A stretch of 64,000 nucleotides of DNA. Source: a bacterium (GTDB lineage Bacteria; SAR324; XYD2-FULL-50-16; G965216635). The position numbers and the translations under genes are program-made. Below the pieces are notes generated by a model that saw nothing but the letters and a program-made list of their open reading frames with translations, was not told the DNA's origin and searched no databases. The stretch spans positions 448,001 to 512,000 of the forward strand of contig OZ244188.1 of assembly GCA_965216635.1 (NCBI GenBank), written 5' to 3'. Positions 10,533 through 20,323 of this stretch are shown here, piece by piece (positions within the stretch are counted from its first letter, which is position 1; every line of letters begins with the position of its first letter).

Positions 10533-10715
10533 TAGACTTTTGAATTTGCGTTCTGTTTAGCCTATGCAGCTTTGAAAAAAATTTTTAACTCTTGCCATTT
10601 GTGAAGAAATGCTCTTGAGTATTCCTGCGAGCTAAAATTTTTTTTCGCACCTGTTCTAACCATTTGCCTAGCCGTCACAGCTAGTTTTGTCCTATTTGGC
10701 AAATTCAAAGGTTTA
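10533..10715. mobile_element. MITE family A, full 183-bp copy
   Basis: TIRs TAGACTTTTGAATTTGC...GCAAATTCAAAGGTTTA; highly similar to 63370-63552. Confidence 0.85.
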
Positions 10716-10791
10716 TTATAACTAAAAATAGTGTGGAATTGCAAGAAAATTAGCGGTTGTATTTTGTGGCTAGGACTGGGTAGGTGTTGAA

Positions 10792-10926
10792 TTGGTGGTT
10801 TTTAGGTTTTCTAAAATGACTTCAAGCATAAATTCTATGAATGTGGTGCTGTCGGTTTTTTTGTTGGAAGTGGCGAGAGCGTCGTAGTATTTTTGTTGGA
10901 AGTGGCGAGAGCGTTGTAATATTTTT
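10792..10926 (-). repeat. Orphan copy C of the fic 3' end
   Basis: Near-identical to 9713-9820, plus a tandem ~31-bp unit TTTTTGTTGGAAGTGGCGAGAGCGT. Confidence 0.9.
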
Positions 10927-10944
10927 ATAAAAAATAATCTATAA

Positions 10945-11092
10945 CTAGCTCAATTTTTTTAGAATATGTTTAACAAGATATTTTTTGATTTCTCTATGCC
11001 TTGGAACAGGTTGTGATATTTTTGTTGAGGGATTTTGATACCAATCGTGCTTTGCAGTACACCCTTTGTGTTATCAAGTCTCGCCTTTTCAC
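10945..11092 (-). pseudogene. hicA: Frameshifted, internally deleted HicA toxin
   Basis: GTG overlapping the hicB stop reads MKRRDLIT; another frame reads GCTAKHDWYQNPSTKISQPVPRHREIKKYLVKHILKKLS*; span of 148 nt is not a multiple of 3. Confidence 0.75.
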
Positions 11093-11286
11093 GCTAGTTG
11101 CAATTCTCCATGGTGTCTCATTGCGGAAATACTGCCACTAGGCAAATCTTGATGAATATCTAGTAAATTTTCTTGCAATTCGTCTAAGGAAATTCCTTGC
11201 GTTATGTAGTCTGGATAATCGTCTAAATATCCAAGCCACATATCCTCGTCTTGCCAATAAGTATAATCCAATGATTTTTTTTCCAT
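11089..11286 (-). CDS. hicB: Short HicB-family antitoxin
   Basis: YWQDEDMWLGYLDDYPDYITQGISLDELQENL, RNase H-like HicB pattern. Confidence 0.78.
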   Translation of the reverse strand: MEKKSLDYTYWQDEDMWLGYLDDYPDYITQGISLDELQENLLDIHQDLPSGSISAMRHHGELQLA

Positions 11287-11382
11287 ATTGAATGATTCTA
11301 TAGAATATAGTATATTTCTAGCATAGAATAATAATTCTGTTAAAGCCTTACAAAAAAATTCTTTCCCTAAATCTTTTTTAAA

Positions 11383-13626
11383 ATGATAGCTGAAGTTGTT
11401 TTAAAACTTCCTGTGCAAGAGTCTTTTGATTATATCGTGCCAGAAGATCTTTATGCAAAACACCCTACAAAAAACTTGATTGGCTACCGTGTGATTGTTC
11501 CTTTTCGTGGTAACTTAAAAACAGGTATTGTGGTGGCGATGAAAGAAACTTCTTTGTTTCAAAAGTTAAAATATATCCATAAGTTAGCCGATAATTTTGC
11601 TCTGGTAGATTCAAAATTTATCCGTTTTGCTCGTTGGATTTCTGAGTATTATCTTTGTGGTTGGGGTGAGATTGTTTTTTTATCCTTGCCTAAAAAAATA
11701 GATATTCGCCCTTCCAAATTAAAGGCTTGGAGTAACCCATTGGATAAAATTATTTATCAGGATTATTACTCGCCAACCAAAACTTCTCACTCACCTAAAA
11801 AAAATAGTCTTGCAGAAAAGCTACTGCATTTTATCCAAGCAAAAAAAAAAGTATCGGCTTTAGAATTACGACAAAATTTTCCTAAATCTTCTGTAGTGAT
11901 AAAAAAATTATGGCAAAAAAATATAATAGAAAAAAAATGTGAACGGATAGATTTTGCAGGTGAGGGATTTGATTACGGGTATTCTCTTGCCAGCAACCAT
12001 CCTGTTTTTTTAAATCAGGAACAAACACAAGTGACGCAAAAGTGTCAAAAATGGATTGCTAAAAAAAAATTCCAAACCTGTCTTTTGCACGGGGTAACTT
12101 CTAGTGGGAAAACTGAAATTTATATTTACCTTGCTTGGCTTGTTTTACAGCAAAAAAAATCGGTGCTGGTTCTGATTCCAGAAATTTCTATGACACCGCA
12201 GAATCAAAAAAAATTTAAAGAGTATTTTGGGGAGCTGGTTTGCATTTGGCATAGCGCTCTTACGGATTCTGAAAAATGCAATCAGTGGCTAAAAATTAGG
12301 GATAAGGATTTTTGTCTTGTGCTTGGCACTCGCTCTGCTATTTTTTCGCCATTGAAAAATTTGAAGCTTCTTATTGTGGACGAGGAGCAAGACACTTCTT
12401 TTAAGCAGATGGACAGCCCTAGTTATAATGCGAGGGATTGTGCTATCAAGCTGGCTTTGGAAAATAATGCGCTTGCTCTTTTGGGAAGTGCTACTCCTTC
12501 TTTGGAGAGTTATTACAATAGCAAGAGAGGGAAATACCAACTGCTGCATTTAAAACAAAGATACAAACGGGTTGCTATGCCTAAAGTTAAAATCGTAGAT
12601 TTAAAAACAGAAGCTAATCCTTACGGGATTTTTTATTTGTCGCAAACTCTTCTTACTGCTTTAACAGAAAATTTAAAAAACAAAAAACAATCGGTTATTT
12701 TTTTGAATAGGAGGGGTTTTGCGTCTGTTGTTATTTGCAAGGATTGTCAAAATAAAATGCAGTGTCCTCGTTGTAGTGTGCTTTTGACTTGCCATAGGTT
12801 TATCAAGAAAAATAAGACCGCTTTTGTTTGTCATTACTGTCAGTATAGGTTACAAAAAAATCTTTGTTGTCAAAAATGTTCATCACAAAATTTAATTTCT
12901 AGTGGAGTGGGAACTCAGAAAGTAGAACAAACGCTCCATTCTCTTTTTCCGCAAGCAAATGTTTTACGGCTGGACAGTGATAGTTTTTCTAACCCTTATG
13001 AATTAGAGGAGCATTTTCAAAAAATCCATTCTCAAGAAATAGATATTATTGTCGGCACTCAAATTATTAGTAAAGGACATCACTTTCCTAATATTACTTT
13101 GGCTTGTGTTTTACTGGCGGATATGTTTTTGAATTTGGATAATTATCGCAGCGCCGAATCCGCTTTTCAACTTATTGCACAGGTTGTCGGGCGAGCGGGA
13201 AGAGAAGAAAATAATACAGGCAAAGCAATTATTCAAACCTATTGTCCTGAATCTGCTGTATTAAAATTTGCCGCAAAACAGGATTATGCAGATTTTTATG
13301 AATTTGAAATAGAAAAAAGAAAGCTGCTTTCTCAAGTGCCTTTTTTTAAAAACACTCTTATCCAAGTATCTGCCACTAGTGAATTTTTAGCGAAAAAAAG
13401 TGCTGAAGAAGTGAGCCGAAAATTGCAATCTAAAATCCAAGAAAAAAGCATTACCATTTTAGGACCCACAGAAGCAGTGATTTATAAACTCAGCAACCGC
13501 TTTTATTGGGATATTTTACTGCAATCCAAAGATGGCAAACTTTTGCGTCAAAAAATCAAAGAGGTATATTTTCAAAATATAGCTAAAAGTTATTCCTACC
13601 GCACTCGTTTAATTGTAGATTATTAA
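11383..13626 (+). CDS. priA: Primosomal protein N'
   Basis: LHGVTSSGKTE, VDEEQD, GSATPS, Cys-rich Zn region, QVVGRAGR. Confidence 0.93.
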   Translation: MIAEVVLKLPVQESFDYIVPEDLYAKHPTKNLIGYRVIVPFRGNLKTGIVVAMKETSLFQKLKYIHKLADNFALVDSKFIRFARWISEYYLCGWGEIVFLSLPKKIDIRPSKLKAWSNPLDKIIYQDYYSPTKTSHSPKKNSLAEKLLHFIQAKKKVSALELRQNFPKSSVVIKKLWQKNIIEKKCERIDFAGEGFDYGYSLASNHPVFLNQEQTQVTQKCQKWIAKKKFQTCLLHGVTSSGKTEIYIYLAWLVLQQKKSVLVLIPEISMTPQNQKKFKEYFGELVCIWHSALTDSEKCNQWLKIRDKDFCLVLGTRSAIFSPLKNLKLLIVDEEQDTSFKQMDSPSYNARDCAIKLALENNALALLGSATPSLESYYNSKRGKYQLLHLKQRYKRVAMPKVKIVDLKTEANPYGIFYLSQTLLTALTENLKNKKQSVIFLNRRGFASVVICKDCQNKMQCPRCSVLLTCHRFIKKNKTAFVCHYCQYRLQKNLCCQKCSSQNLISSGVGTQKVEQTLHSLFPQANVLRLDSDSFSNPYELEEHFQKIHSQEIDIIVGTQIISKGHHFPNITLACVLLADMFLNLDNYRSAESAFQLIAQVVGRAGREENNTGKAIIQTYCPESAVLKFAAKQDYADFYEFEIEKRKLLSQVPFFKNTLIQVSATSEFLAKKSAEEVSRKLQSKIQEKSITILGPTEAVIYKLSNRFYWDILLQSKDGKLLRQKIKEVYFQNIAKSYSYRTRLIVDY

Positions 13627-13731
13627 AATAAAAATTTGTAAAAATCTTGATTTTCAAGTAAAGTTTTTTTTATAATGAGACTATAGCATAGGTAGTTTTT
13701 TTAGCCTAAGTAAACAGAATTAAATAATTAA

Positions 13732-14403
13732 ATGCTAGAAAAAAATAATAAAATTACTGGTTATTCTTTGTATAGTCCAATAATGAAACAAAGAGTAAAA
13801 GAAAACCCACTACAATTAGATAGTTCAAAATTTCCACAATTACCAAATAAAAAATTTGATATTATTTATGCCGACCCACCTTGGGACTATAATGGCAAGA
13901 TGCAGTTTGATAATTCATTGGTTAAAACAAAAAACATAAACTATAGAAATAATATTTTTGTTAGTTCAGCTTGTTTTAAATACCCTACAATGAAATTAAA
14001 AGATTTATTAGAAATACCAATAAAAAATATATCACACAATAATTGTATTTTATTTATGTGGTCTACAAATCCACACCTGAAACAAGCAATACAAATAGGG
14101 GAATATTGGGGTTTTGAATATAAGACTGTGGCTTTTGTATGGAATAAAATGAACCACAATCCGGGTCAATATACACTATCTTATTGTGAATTATGTTTAT
14201 TATTTAAAAGAGGAAAAATACCTTTACCTAGAGGAGCTAGAAATATCAAACAACTTATAAATATACCAAGAAAGGAACATAGCTTGAAACCAAACGAAGT
14301 AAGAGAAGGCATTGAGAAAATGTTTCCAGAACAAAGTAAAATAGAGCTTTTTGCTAGGCAACAATATAAAGATTGGGAATCTTGGGGATTAGAATCTCAG
14401 TAA
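13732..14403 (+). CDS. MT-A70-family adenine DNA methyltransferase, M.MunI-like
   Basis: IIYADPPW, HSLKP, IELFARQ; partner of the adjacent endonuclease. Confidence 0.85.
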   Translation: MLEKNNKITGYSLYSPIMKQRVKENPLQLDSSKFPQLPNKKFDIIYADPPWDYNGKMQFDNSLVKTKNINYRNNIFVSSACFKYPTMKLKDLLEIPIKNISHNNCILFMWSTNPHLKQAIQIGEYWGFEYKTVAFVWNKMNHNPGQYTLSYCELCLLFKRGKIPLPRGARNIKQLINIPRKEHSLKPNEVREGIEKMFPEQSKIELFARQQYKDWESWGLESQ

Positions 14404-14405
14404 CT

Positions 14406-15011
14406 TTATAGTAATATTGGTTTTAATTTGTTATTAAAATGTTGAATTAAAAGCTTACTATCATTTAAGTTTCTCCACATAAAAAAATGATCTTGGTGTT
14501 TTTCAAACCAACAAGTAATTTCTCTTACTCTTTTAGGGTCTCTTGTTATATTCCCGCCAAAAACAATCCAAAAAGGTAGATGTTTTATATTTATTTTTCC
14601 TTTTTTTCTTAAAATATTTAAAAGGCCTGGAGTAAAAAATTTACAAGACCTTTCGTGTGCATTTCCTCTTCCAGCACTTGAGTGCAAACCATCAATCCAA
14701 CCCTCTTGTCTTTTTATTTCAATGTATAAAGTTTTTTTCTTTGCCATATTGTCTATAGCAAAATCTATAGATATTCCGTGAGTGTAATCTCTGTCTGGAT
14801 GATATATTTTTTCTTCAATTTCTTTACTTAATAAAATATTTCTGTAAATATTTTTAAATTCTTTTGGTTTTTTTCTTATTCTAAAATCTTTATTACAAGT
14901 TTTCTTAAATTCATTCTCAAAAGATAAGTAAAAAATATTTTCTAAACTTACCGCTTTTATTCCACTTTCATTTTGCCAATTCTCCCTACCACTTAATTCA
15001 TTTTTTCCCAT
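14406..15011 (-). CDS. MunI-like type II restriction endonuclease (predicted site CAATTG)
   Basis: MGKNELSGRENWQ, DFAIDN...EIKRQ, AGRGNAHERSCK, ITRDPKRVREIT closely match R.MunI as recalled; 201 aa. Confidence 0.85.
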   Translation of the reverse strand: MGKNELSGRENWQNESGIKAVSLENIFYLSFENEFKKTCNKDFRIRKKPKEFKNIYRNILLSKEIEEKIYHPDRDYTHGISIDFAIDNMAKKKTLYIEIKRQEGWIDGLHSSAGRGNAHERSCKFFTPGLLNILRKKGKINIKHLPFWIVFGGNITRDPKRVREITCWFEKHQDHFFMWRNLNDSKLLIQHFNNKLKPILL

Positions 15012-15077
15012 TTTATTGCTATTGATTAAATAAGTTTAATGTATTAGGGTATAATAAACCAAAAGTCTATTTTATTT

Positions 15078-16424
15078 ATGAACAATTTTAGTACCAAAGA
15101 AATCGTAGCCAGAGAAATTATAGCCAAAGAAATTATAGCCAGAGAAATTATAGACTCTAGAGGTTTTCCTACAGTGGAAGTAGAGATGGTGCTAGAGCCT
15201 AATTTTTTAGGAAGAGCAGCAGTTCCTTCGGGAGCTTCTACTGGAAAATTTGAGGCGTTGGAGCTCCGAGATGGCGATAAAAGTTATTTTTTGGGTAAAG
15301 GCGTCAAGCAGGCTGTCAAAAATATTCGCCAAATTATAGCTCCTAAACTTCTGGGTCAAAAAAATCTATCACAACAGGAGCTAGACCAAATTTTGCTAGA
15401 TTTGGACGGCACTGAAAATAAATCCAAACTAGGAGCGAATGCTGTTTTAGGCGTTTCTTTGGCTTACGCTAGGGCTTGCAGTGCCGCTCATAACCTGCCA
15501 CTTTTTTTACATTTAAAAAATCAATTCGCATCGCAATTCAAGTACCAAGTGCAAAATCTTTACGAATTACCAGTGCCTCTCATCAATATACTCAATGGCG
15601 GAGCTCACGCTAATAATAATTTAGATATACAGGAATTTATGATTGTGCCAGCAGGCTTTGATACATTTAAGAGAGCCTTACAAGCGGGTTGTGAAGTTTT
15701 CCATAGTTTAAAAAAAATCTCTAATACTAGAGGTTATAGCACAGCTGTAGGAGATGAAGGAGGGCTTGCTCCTAATTTGTCTTCTAACGAGGAGGCATTA
15801 GAGCTAGTTATGGAAGCGATTGATAGAGCGGGCTATACTGCGGGAAAGGATATTTTTATTGCATTAGATGTAGCTTCTAGCGAATTTTACCAAGACGGCA
15901 ATTATTTTTTTGCCTCACAAAATCAGAGCTCCCAAGAGATGGTGGATTTTTATACAAAGCTAATCAAAAATTTTCCTATTGTAAGTTTGGAAGACGCATT
16001 AGACCAAGAAGATTGGGATGGCTGGAAAATGCTTACTGAAAAAATTGGTGGTTCTTGCCAGCTAGTAGGTGATGATCTTTTTGTTACCAATCCAATAAAA
16101 TTAAAACAAGCGATTGATAAAAAAGTGGGTAATTCTATTTTGATAAAACTCAATCAAATAGGTAGTTTGAGCGAAACAATGGAAACGATCGCCATAGCTC
16201 AAAAAGCAAATTATAGCTGTATTATTTCTCATCGTTCAGGTGAGACGGAGGACACTTTTATCGCAGATTTAGCTGTAGCTACCAATGCTAAACAAATCAA
16301 AACTGGTTCTGCGAGTCGCAGCGAAAGAATTGCAAAATACAACCAACTTTTGCGTATTGAAGAAAAATTAGGTGATAGGGCTATGTTTAGCGGTATGGAA
16401 ATCTACTCGAGACTATTGAATTAG
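15078..16424 (+). CDS. eno: Enolase
   Basis: [39 protein letters not shown]. Confidence 0.97.
   Translation: MNNFSTKEIVAREIIAKEIIAREIIDSRGFPTVEVEMVLEPNFLGRAAVPSGASTGKFEALELRDGDKSYFLGKGVKQAVKNIRQIIAPKLLGQKNLSQQELDQILLDLDGTENKSKLGANAVLGVSLAYARACSAAHNLPLFLHLKNQFASQFKYQVQNLYELPVPLINILNGGAHANNNLDIQEFMIVPAGFDTFKRALQAGCEVFHSLKKISNTRGYSTAVGDEGGLAPNLSSNEEALELVMEAIDRAGYTAGKDIFIALDVASSEFYQDGNYFFASQNQSSQEMVDFYTKLIKNFPIVSLEDALDQEDWDGWKMLTEKIGGSCQLVGDDLFVTNPIKLKQAIDKKVGNSILIKLNQIGSLSETMETIAIAQKANYSCIISHRSGETEDTFIADLAVATNAKQIKTGSASRSERIAKYNQLLRIEEKLGDRAMFSGMEIYSRLLN
15094..15154 (+). repeat. 15-bp in-frame tandem repeat x4 in the eno 5' end
   Basis: Encodes [20 protein letters not shown]. Confidence 0.85.
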
Positions 16425-16553
16425 ACATTCTAGTTCGTTTATACTGCGTTGCAAACGGCACTCGGTTCAGTCATTTATTTTAAATATAAACTCCCTCACC
16501 TCGTTTGTTTGCGCCTTGCCTAAACTTCCTAAAATGCCTAATTCAACAGTCTC
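16409..16553. mobile_element. MITE family B (ERIC-like core) overlapping the eno stop codon
   Basis: TIRs GAGACTATTGAATTAGACATT...AATGCCTAATTCAACAGTCTC; core TGCGTTG...GTCATTTA..TAAACTCC...CGCCTTG. Confidence 0.85.
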
Positions 16554-16560
16554 TATTCTT

Positions 16561-17124
16561 TCAAAAAAGATAGCTTAGCTCTATAAAAAAAGTTTTAATT
16601 ACGAGAGTGCCATTACCTTTAGGCCACGTGGCAAACGAAGATTGTAAATAGCCCGCTCCGATTTGAATAAATTCCGTAATATTGTAATTGTAGCCTAAGT
16701 TGAAAGCAGTAGCGGCAGAAACGCTAGATGCAGCAGCGGTAAAGCATTTTTTTACTCTTCCTCGCCCGCTACCTAAGCCTACAAAAAAACCTTTATATAT
16801 CCAATCTATAAACAGTAATTCGTTAGATACCGTAACTCCTTCTCCTAAAGACCAAGAGTAAATGGCGTAGGATGTTCTTAAGTGAGATTTTGGAGTAAGA
16901 TAACCTACCCTATAGGCTAGCCCACTATTTATATTTTGGCTGGTTTCGGCTAGACAAGTTTCACCTTGTTTTAATTTAATTTCACCTAAAAAAACTTGGC
17001 GGGGATAGATACTTACGGAAAATCTATCTCTTTCTTGAGCCGAAATAGTATGGAAATCACTACAACAAAAAACCACAAAAGTAATAAAAAGTAGCCTTCT
17101 CAAAAGCACCCATTGAATGGACAT
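16561..17124 (-). CDS. Putative small outer-membrane beta-barrel protein
   Basis: Signal-peptide-like N-terminus, amphipathic strands, C-terminal IELSYLF. Confidence 0.55.
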   Translation of the reverse strand: MSIQWVLLRRLLFITFVVFCCSDFHTISAQERDRFSVSIYPRQVFLGEIKLKQGETCLAETSQNINSGLAYRVGYLTPKSHLRTSYAIYSWSLGEGVTVSNELLFIDWIYKGFFVGLGSGRGRVKKCFTAAASSVSAATAFNLGYNYNITEFIQIGAGYLQSSFATWPKGNGTLVIKTFFIELSYLF

Positions 17125-17145
17125 ATTGTTTAGTCTATTTTATAA

Positions 17146-17270
17146 AATTAGGCATTCTAGGAAGCTTAGGCAAGGCGCAAACAAACGAGGTGAGGGAGTT
17201 TATATTTTAATAAATGACCGAGCCAAGTACCGTTTTCAACGCAGTATAAACGAACTAGAATGTCTAATTT
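17146..17270. mobile_element. MITE family B, inverted near-identical copy of 16419-16543
   Basis: Reverse complement aligns along its whole length. Confidence 0.85.
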
Positions 17271-18372
17271 AAGTAATAGCAGTCCCTAGCAGTATCAAAA
17301 TATATACTCCCAATAGACTTACTATTCCCACTGCAAGAGCAGTAGATAAGCCAACATAAAAAGGGCGAATTCCTAAATTTTTTAATTGACGTAAATCGGT
17401 GGATAACCCTACTGCAGCCATTGCTATCACAAGACAGATTTCTGCTATTTCTTTAATTTGTTTGATAATCAAAGACCAATTTTCCGAAGTGATAAATCCA
17501 AATGCTGACCCTTGTTGTCCTAGTGTGAAATCTCCTAAACTGCGCAGTATTGAAAAAAGGATAAAGCCAGCAATAAACAGAGGAAAGGCTTGGGTTATTT
17601 TAAAGGATGCTGTGGACGAACTATTTTTCTGATTGCGGTGAAAAAGGTAAGCTAGAAGAGGAATGACAATTGCCATAAAGCTGTTACGAATCAATTTTGT
17701 GAGAGTAGCTGTATTTAAAACAGCTTCGGTTTCAAAAAGTTGTCCGTAGATTAAACCAGCTCCGGCAACTTGGGCTGTCTCGTGAATAGCCGTTCCCAAA
17801 AACAAACCAGCTGCAGCGTAAGAATCGCCAAAGAGCCAGTGGGCGAGGTAAGGATAGGCGAGCATTGCAAGAATACCAAAAATAGTAATATTGGCTACGG
17901 CGTAAGCAATTTCTTCTTTTTTCGCTCCAATGATAGGAGCAGTAGCCAAAATCGCAGTAGCTCCACAAATGCTACTACCGACAGCAATAAGGGACGCCAT
18001 ACGAGTAGAAATATTGCAAATTTTAGCAAAGAAAAAACTTATTACCAAAGCTATTGCAATACAAGAGGCAACCAAAGGAACGCCTAAAACTCCTAATTGA
18101 AAAATATCTCCCAAGCTCAAGCGAATGCCTAAAAAAACTATTCCGAGTCTGAGAATAAATTTTAAGGAAAATTGAGTTCCGCTACTAAAGATGGCTGGAA
18201 AAAAAATATTTCTCAAAATAATGCCCAATAAAATAGCGAGCATAATAGGAGATATAGGGCTTTTGCCAAAGTTTAGTAAATCTTTACCAATCCAATCAGC
18301 TAATAAAATTCCTAGCCAAGCAAGCGCCACACAAAGTGCAACCCCCGGTATTTTTTGAAAAAAAGAGTTCAT
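17269..18372 (-). CDS. YeiH/PSE-family membrane transporter
   Basis: Multi-pass TM; GSSICGATAI, GTAIHETAQV, AMAAVGL. Confidence 0.85.
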   Translation of the reverse strand: MNSFFQKIPGVALCVALAWLGILLADWIGKDLLNFGKSPISPIMLAILLGIILRNIFFPAIFSSGTQFSLKFILRLGIVFLGIRLSLGDIFQLGVLGVPLVASCIAIALVISFFFAKICNISTRMASLIAVGSSICGATAILATAPIIGAKKEEIAYAVANITIFGILAMLAYPYLAHWLFGDSYAAAGLFLGTAIHETAQVAGAGLIYGQLFETEAVLNTATLTKLIRNSFMAIVIPLLAYLFHRNQKNSSSTASFKITQAFPLFIAGFILFSILRSLGDFTLGQQGSAFGFITSENWSLIIKQIKEIAEICLVIAMAAVGLSTDLRQLKNLGIRPFYVGLSTALAVGIVSLLGVYILILLGTAIT

Positions 18373-18504
18373 TGATTTTTTGTTGTAGGTTATGGTTTAG
18401 TTTTTTTCTATTATGCAGGATAATAGAATTATTAAAAAACTATTCTTAATATTTCTAGCAAGATTAAATTTAGTTGTCAATCTATAAAATTCTCTAAAAT
18501 GAGT

Positions 18505-19434
18505 TTATTTTGTTTTTTCCAAAAAATAAAACAATTCTAAAATTTGTTTGCTGTTTAATTCTGCAGGTCTTAATTTAGCGAAGTGACTTTCGGATTTTTC
18601 TGTAAGCACTTCTAAAATATTGGGGTAGGTTCGCTTTAGGTTATTGAATAAAGTTTTTCTTGGTTGTTGAAAAAGGCACTGTAAAAAAACAAAAAATTCT
18701 TTTTTGTTTTTCATCTCAAAATTATTTTTTCTCATTTTTAAGATTGTAGAATCTACTTTGGGGACAGGATAAAAAAATTCCTTTGGCACCTCAAGAATTT
18801 TTTCTAAACAAAAAAACAGCTCTCCCAGAACTGTAAGGGAGCTGAAATTTTTTGTGGATTTTTTTTTATTTGTAGAATTTTTGTCTATAGAGTTTTTGTC
18901 TATAGAATTTTTGTCTATAGAATTTTTGTCTATAGAGTTTTTGTCTATAGAATTTTTGTCTATAGAGTTTTTGTCTGTAGAATTTTTTTTGGTAACAATT
19001 CTCATTGCAAATTCTTTTTGAAACATAAAAACAAAATATTCAAAAAGCTGCCGATTGTGAATCAAAAGAAAAAATAAAGGAGTAGAAATTTGATAAGGTA
19101 GGTTGCCTACTAAGCATGTTTTTTTGTGCTTGGGAAGTATTTCTTTAAAATTGAGTTTAAGTATATCTCCAACAATCAGTGTAAAATTTTTATTACTAGC
19201 GAATTTTTTTTTGAGTATAGCAGCCCACCCTGGATCTATTTCTACAGCCAAAACTGGCTTGTTTAATTCTAGTAGTTTTTCGGTTAAAACTCCGCTACCC
19301 GAACCGATCTCCAAAATAAAATCGTTTTCTTTTTCGTCTGCCAGAGTAACAATTTGTTTTAAAGTATTTTCATCTTTTAAAAAAATTTGCCCTAGCCTCT
19401 TGTGTTGTCTAATTTTTGAGCGAGAACCATTCAT
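18505..19434 (-). CDS. rsmA: 16S rRNA m6,2A dimethyltransferase with a repeat insertion
   Basis: LGQIFL, LEIGSGSG, VGNLPYQIS, FYPVPKVDS. Confidence 0.93.
   Translation of the reverse strand: MNGSRSKIRQHKRLGQIFLKDENTLKQIVTLADEKENDFILEIGSGSGVLTEKLLELNKPVLAVEIDPGWAAILKKKFASNKNFTLIVGDILKLNFKEILPKHKKTCLVGNLPYQISTPLFFLLIHNRQLFEYFVFMFQKEFAMRIVTKKNSTDKNSIDKNSIDKNSIDKNSIDKNSIDKNSIDKNSTNKKKSTKNFSSLTVLGELFFCLEKILEVPKEFFYPVPKVDSTILKMRKNNFEMKNKKEFFVFLQCLFQQPRKTLFNNLKRTYPNILEVLTEKSESHFAKLRPAELNSKQILELFYFLEKTK
18871..18987 (-). repeat. 15-bp in-frame tandem repeat, about 8 copies, inside rsmA
   Basis: Units TATAGA(A/G)TTTTTGTC encode (KNSID)n. Confidence 0.92.
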
Positions 19435-20323
19435 CTAAAAAACTTTCTTTATTTTGCCAATCTTGGAGTTGTTTGACATGCAGATCTAAAAACACTTTTT
19501 TTTCTGTAAATTTTTCTAATTTCACTCTTGCTCTTGTGCCGATTTTTTTTAGCATTTCCCCGCCTTTTCCTATAACTATTTTTTTATGAGAATTTTTAGC
19601 TATGTAGATGCAGACAAAAATTTTTATTAATTCTTCTTGTTTTTGTATTTTTTCTGTTACTGTTGTTAAGCTATAAGGCAATTCCTGTCCTAATACCCTA
19701 AAAGCCTGTTCACGCACAAACTCAGCAAAAATTTCAGGTAAGCTACTATCGGTTAATAAATCTTTGGGGAAGTGAGCTTTTTCTTGGGGGAGGTAATTGC
19801 CAATGATAGATTTGAGTTTAGAAAGGTTTCTATTTTTTAAAGCGCTCAAAGGAACAATTTCTTTTGCCGCTAAAGTGTTACTCCAAAAACGGATAGCAGA
19901 CAAAATTTCTGCATCTTTTAGTAGGTCTATTTTGTTGAGAATTAAAATACATTTTTCTGCTGGGATTGCTTGCATAATTTTACTATCTAATGGATGCAGT
20001 TCTAAATTTTTCTTTGGAGCTTCTACTAGATAAAGAATCAAATCTACTTCTTCTAAAGAAAAATAGATCTGATTGAGCATTCTTTTTTGTAATTTATTTT
20101 TGGGTTGGTGAACACCAGGGGTGTCAATAAAGATGGCTTGATAGTCTTTAGTGGTCATAATTCCTCTAAAATTTTTACGGGTTGTTTGTGCTTTAGTGGA
20201 GACAGCGCTGAGAGGTTTGCCTATTAAACAGTTAAGCAGAGTAGATTTACCTACATTTGCTCTGCCAATCAGACTGAGGACACCAAAGCGGTGAGCAGTA
20301 ATTTTTTCAGTATTTTCTATCAT
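19409..20323 (-). CDS. era: GTPase Era
   Basis: GRANVGKS, QTTR, DTPG, NKID; KH domain VIGKGG. Confidence 0.95.
   Translation of the reverse strand: MIENTEKITAHRFGVLSLIGRANVGKSTLLNCLIGKPLSAVSTKAQTTRKNFRGIMTTKDYQAIFIDTPGVHQPKNKLQKRMLNQIYFSLEEVDLILYLVEAPKKNLELHPLDSKIMQAIPAEKCILILNKIDLLKDAEILSAIRFWSNTLAAKEIVPLSALKNRNLSKLKSIIGNYLPQEKAHFPKDLLTDSSLPEIFAEFVREQAFRVLGQELPYSLTTVTEKIQKQEELIKIFVCIYIAKNSHKKIVIGKGGEMLKKIGTRARVKLEKFTEKKVFLDLHVKQLQDWQNKESFLDEWFSLKN

Noticed and set aside
10562..10744. 60-aa ORF on the minus strand
   Set aside because: Lies almost entirely within a MITE; the same applies to ORF 23525-23860 and the extended starts of cdsA, rpsS and rplR
6025..10926. fic end copies as the template and variable repeats of a diversity-generating retroelement
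   Set aside because: No reverse transcriptase in the window; differences are few, include indels and are not confined to adenines
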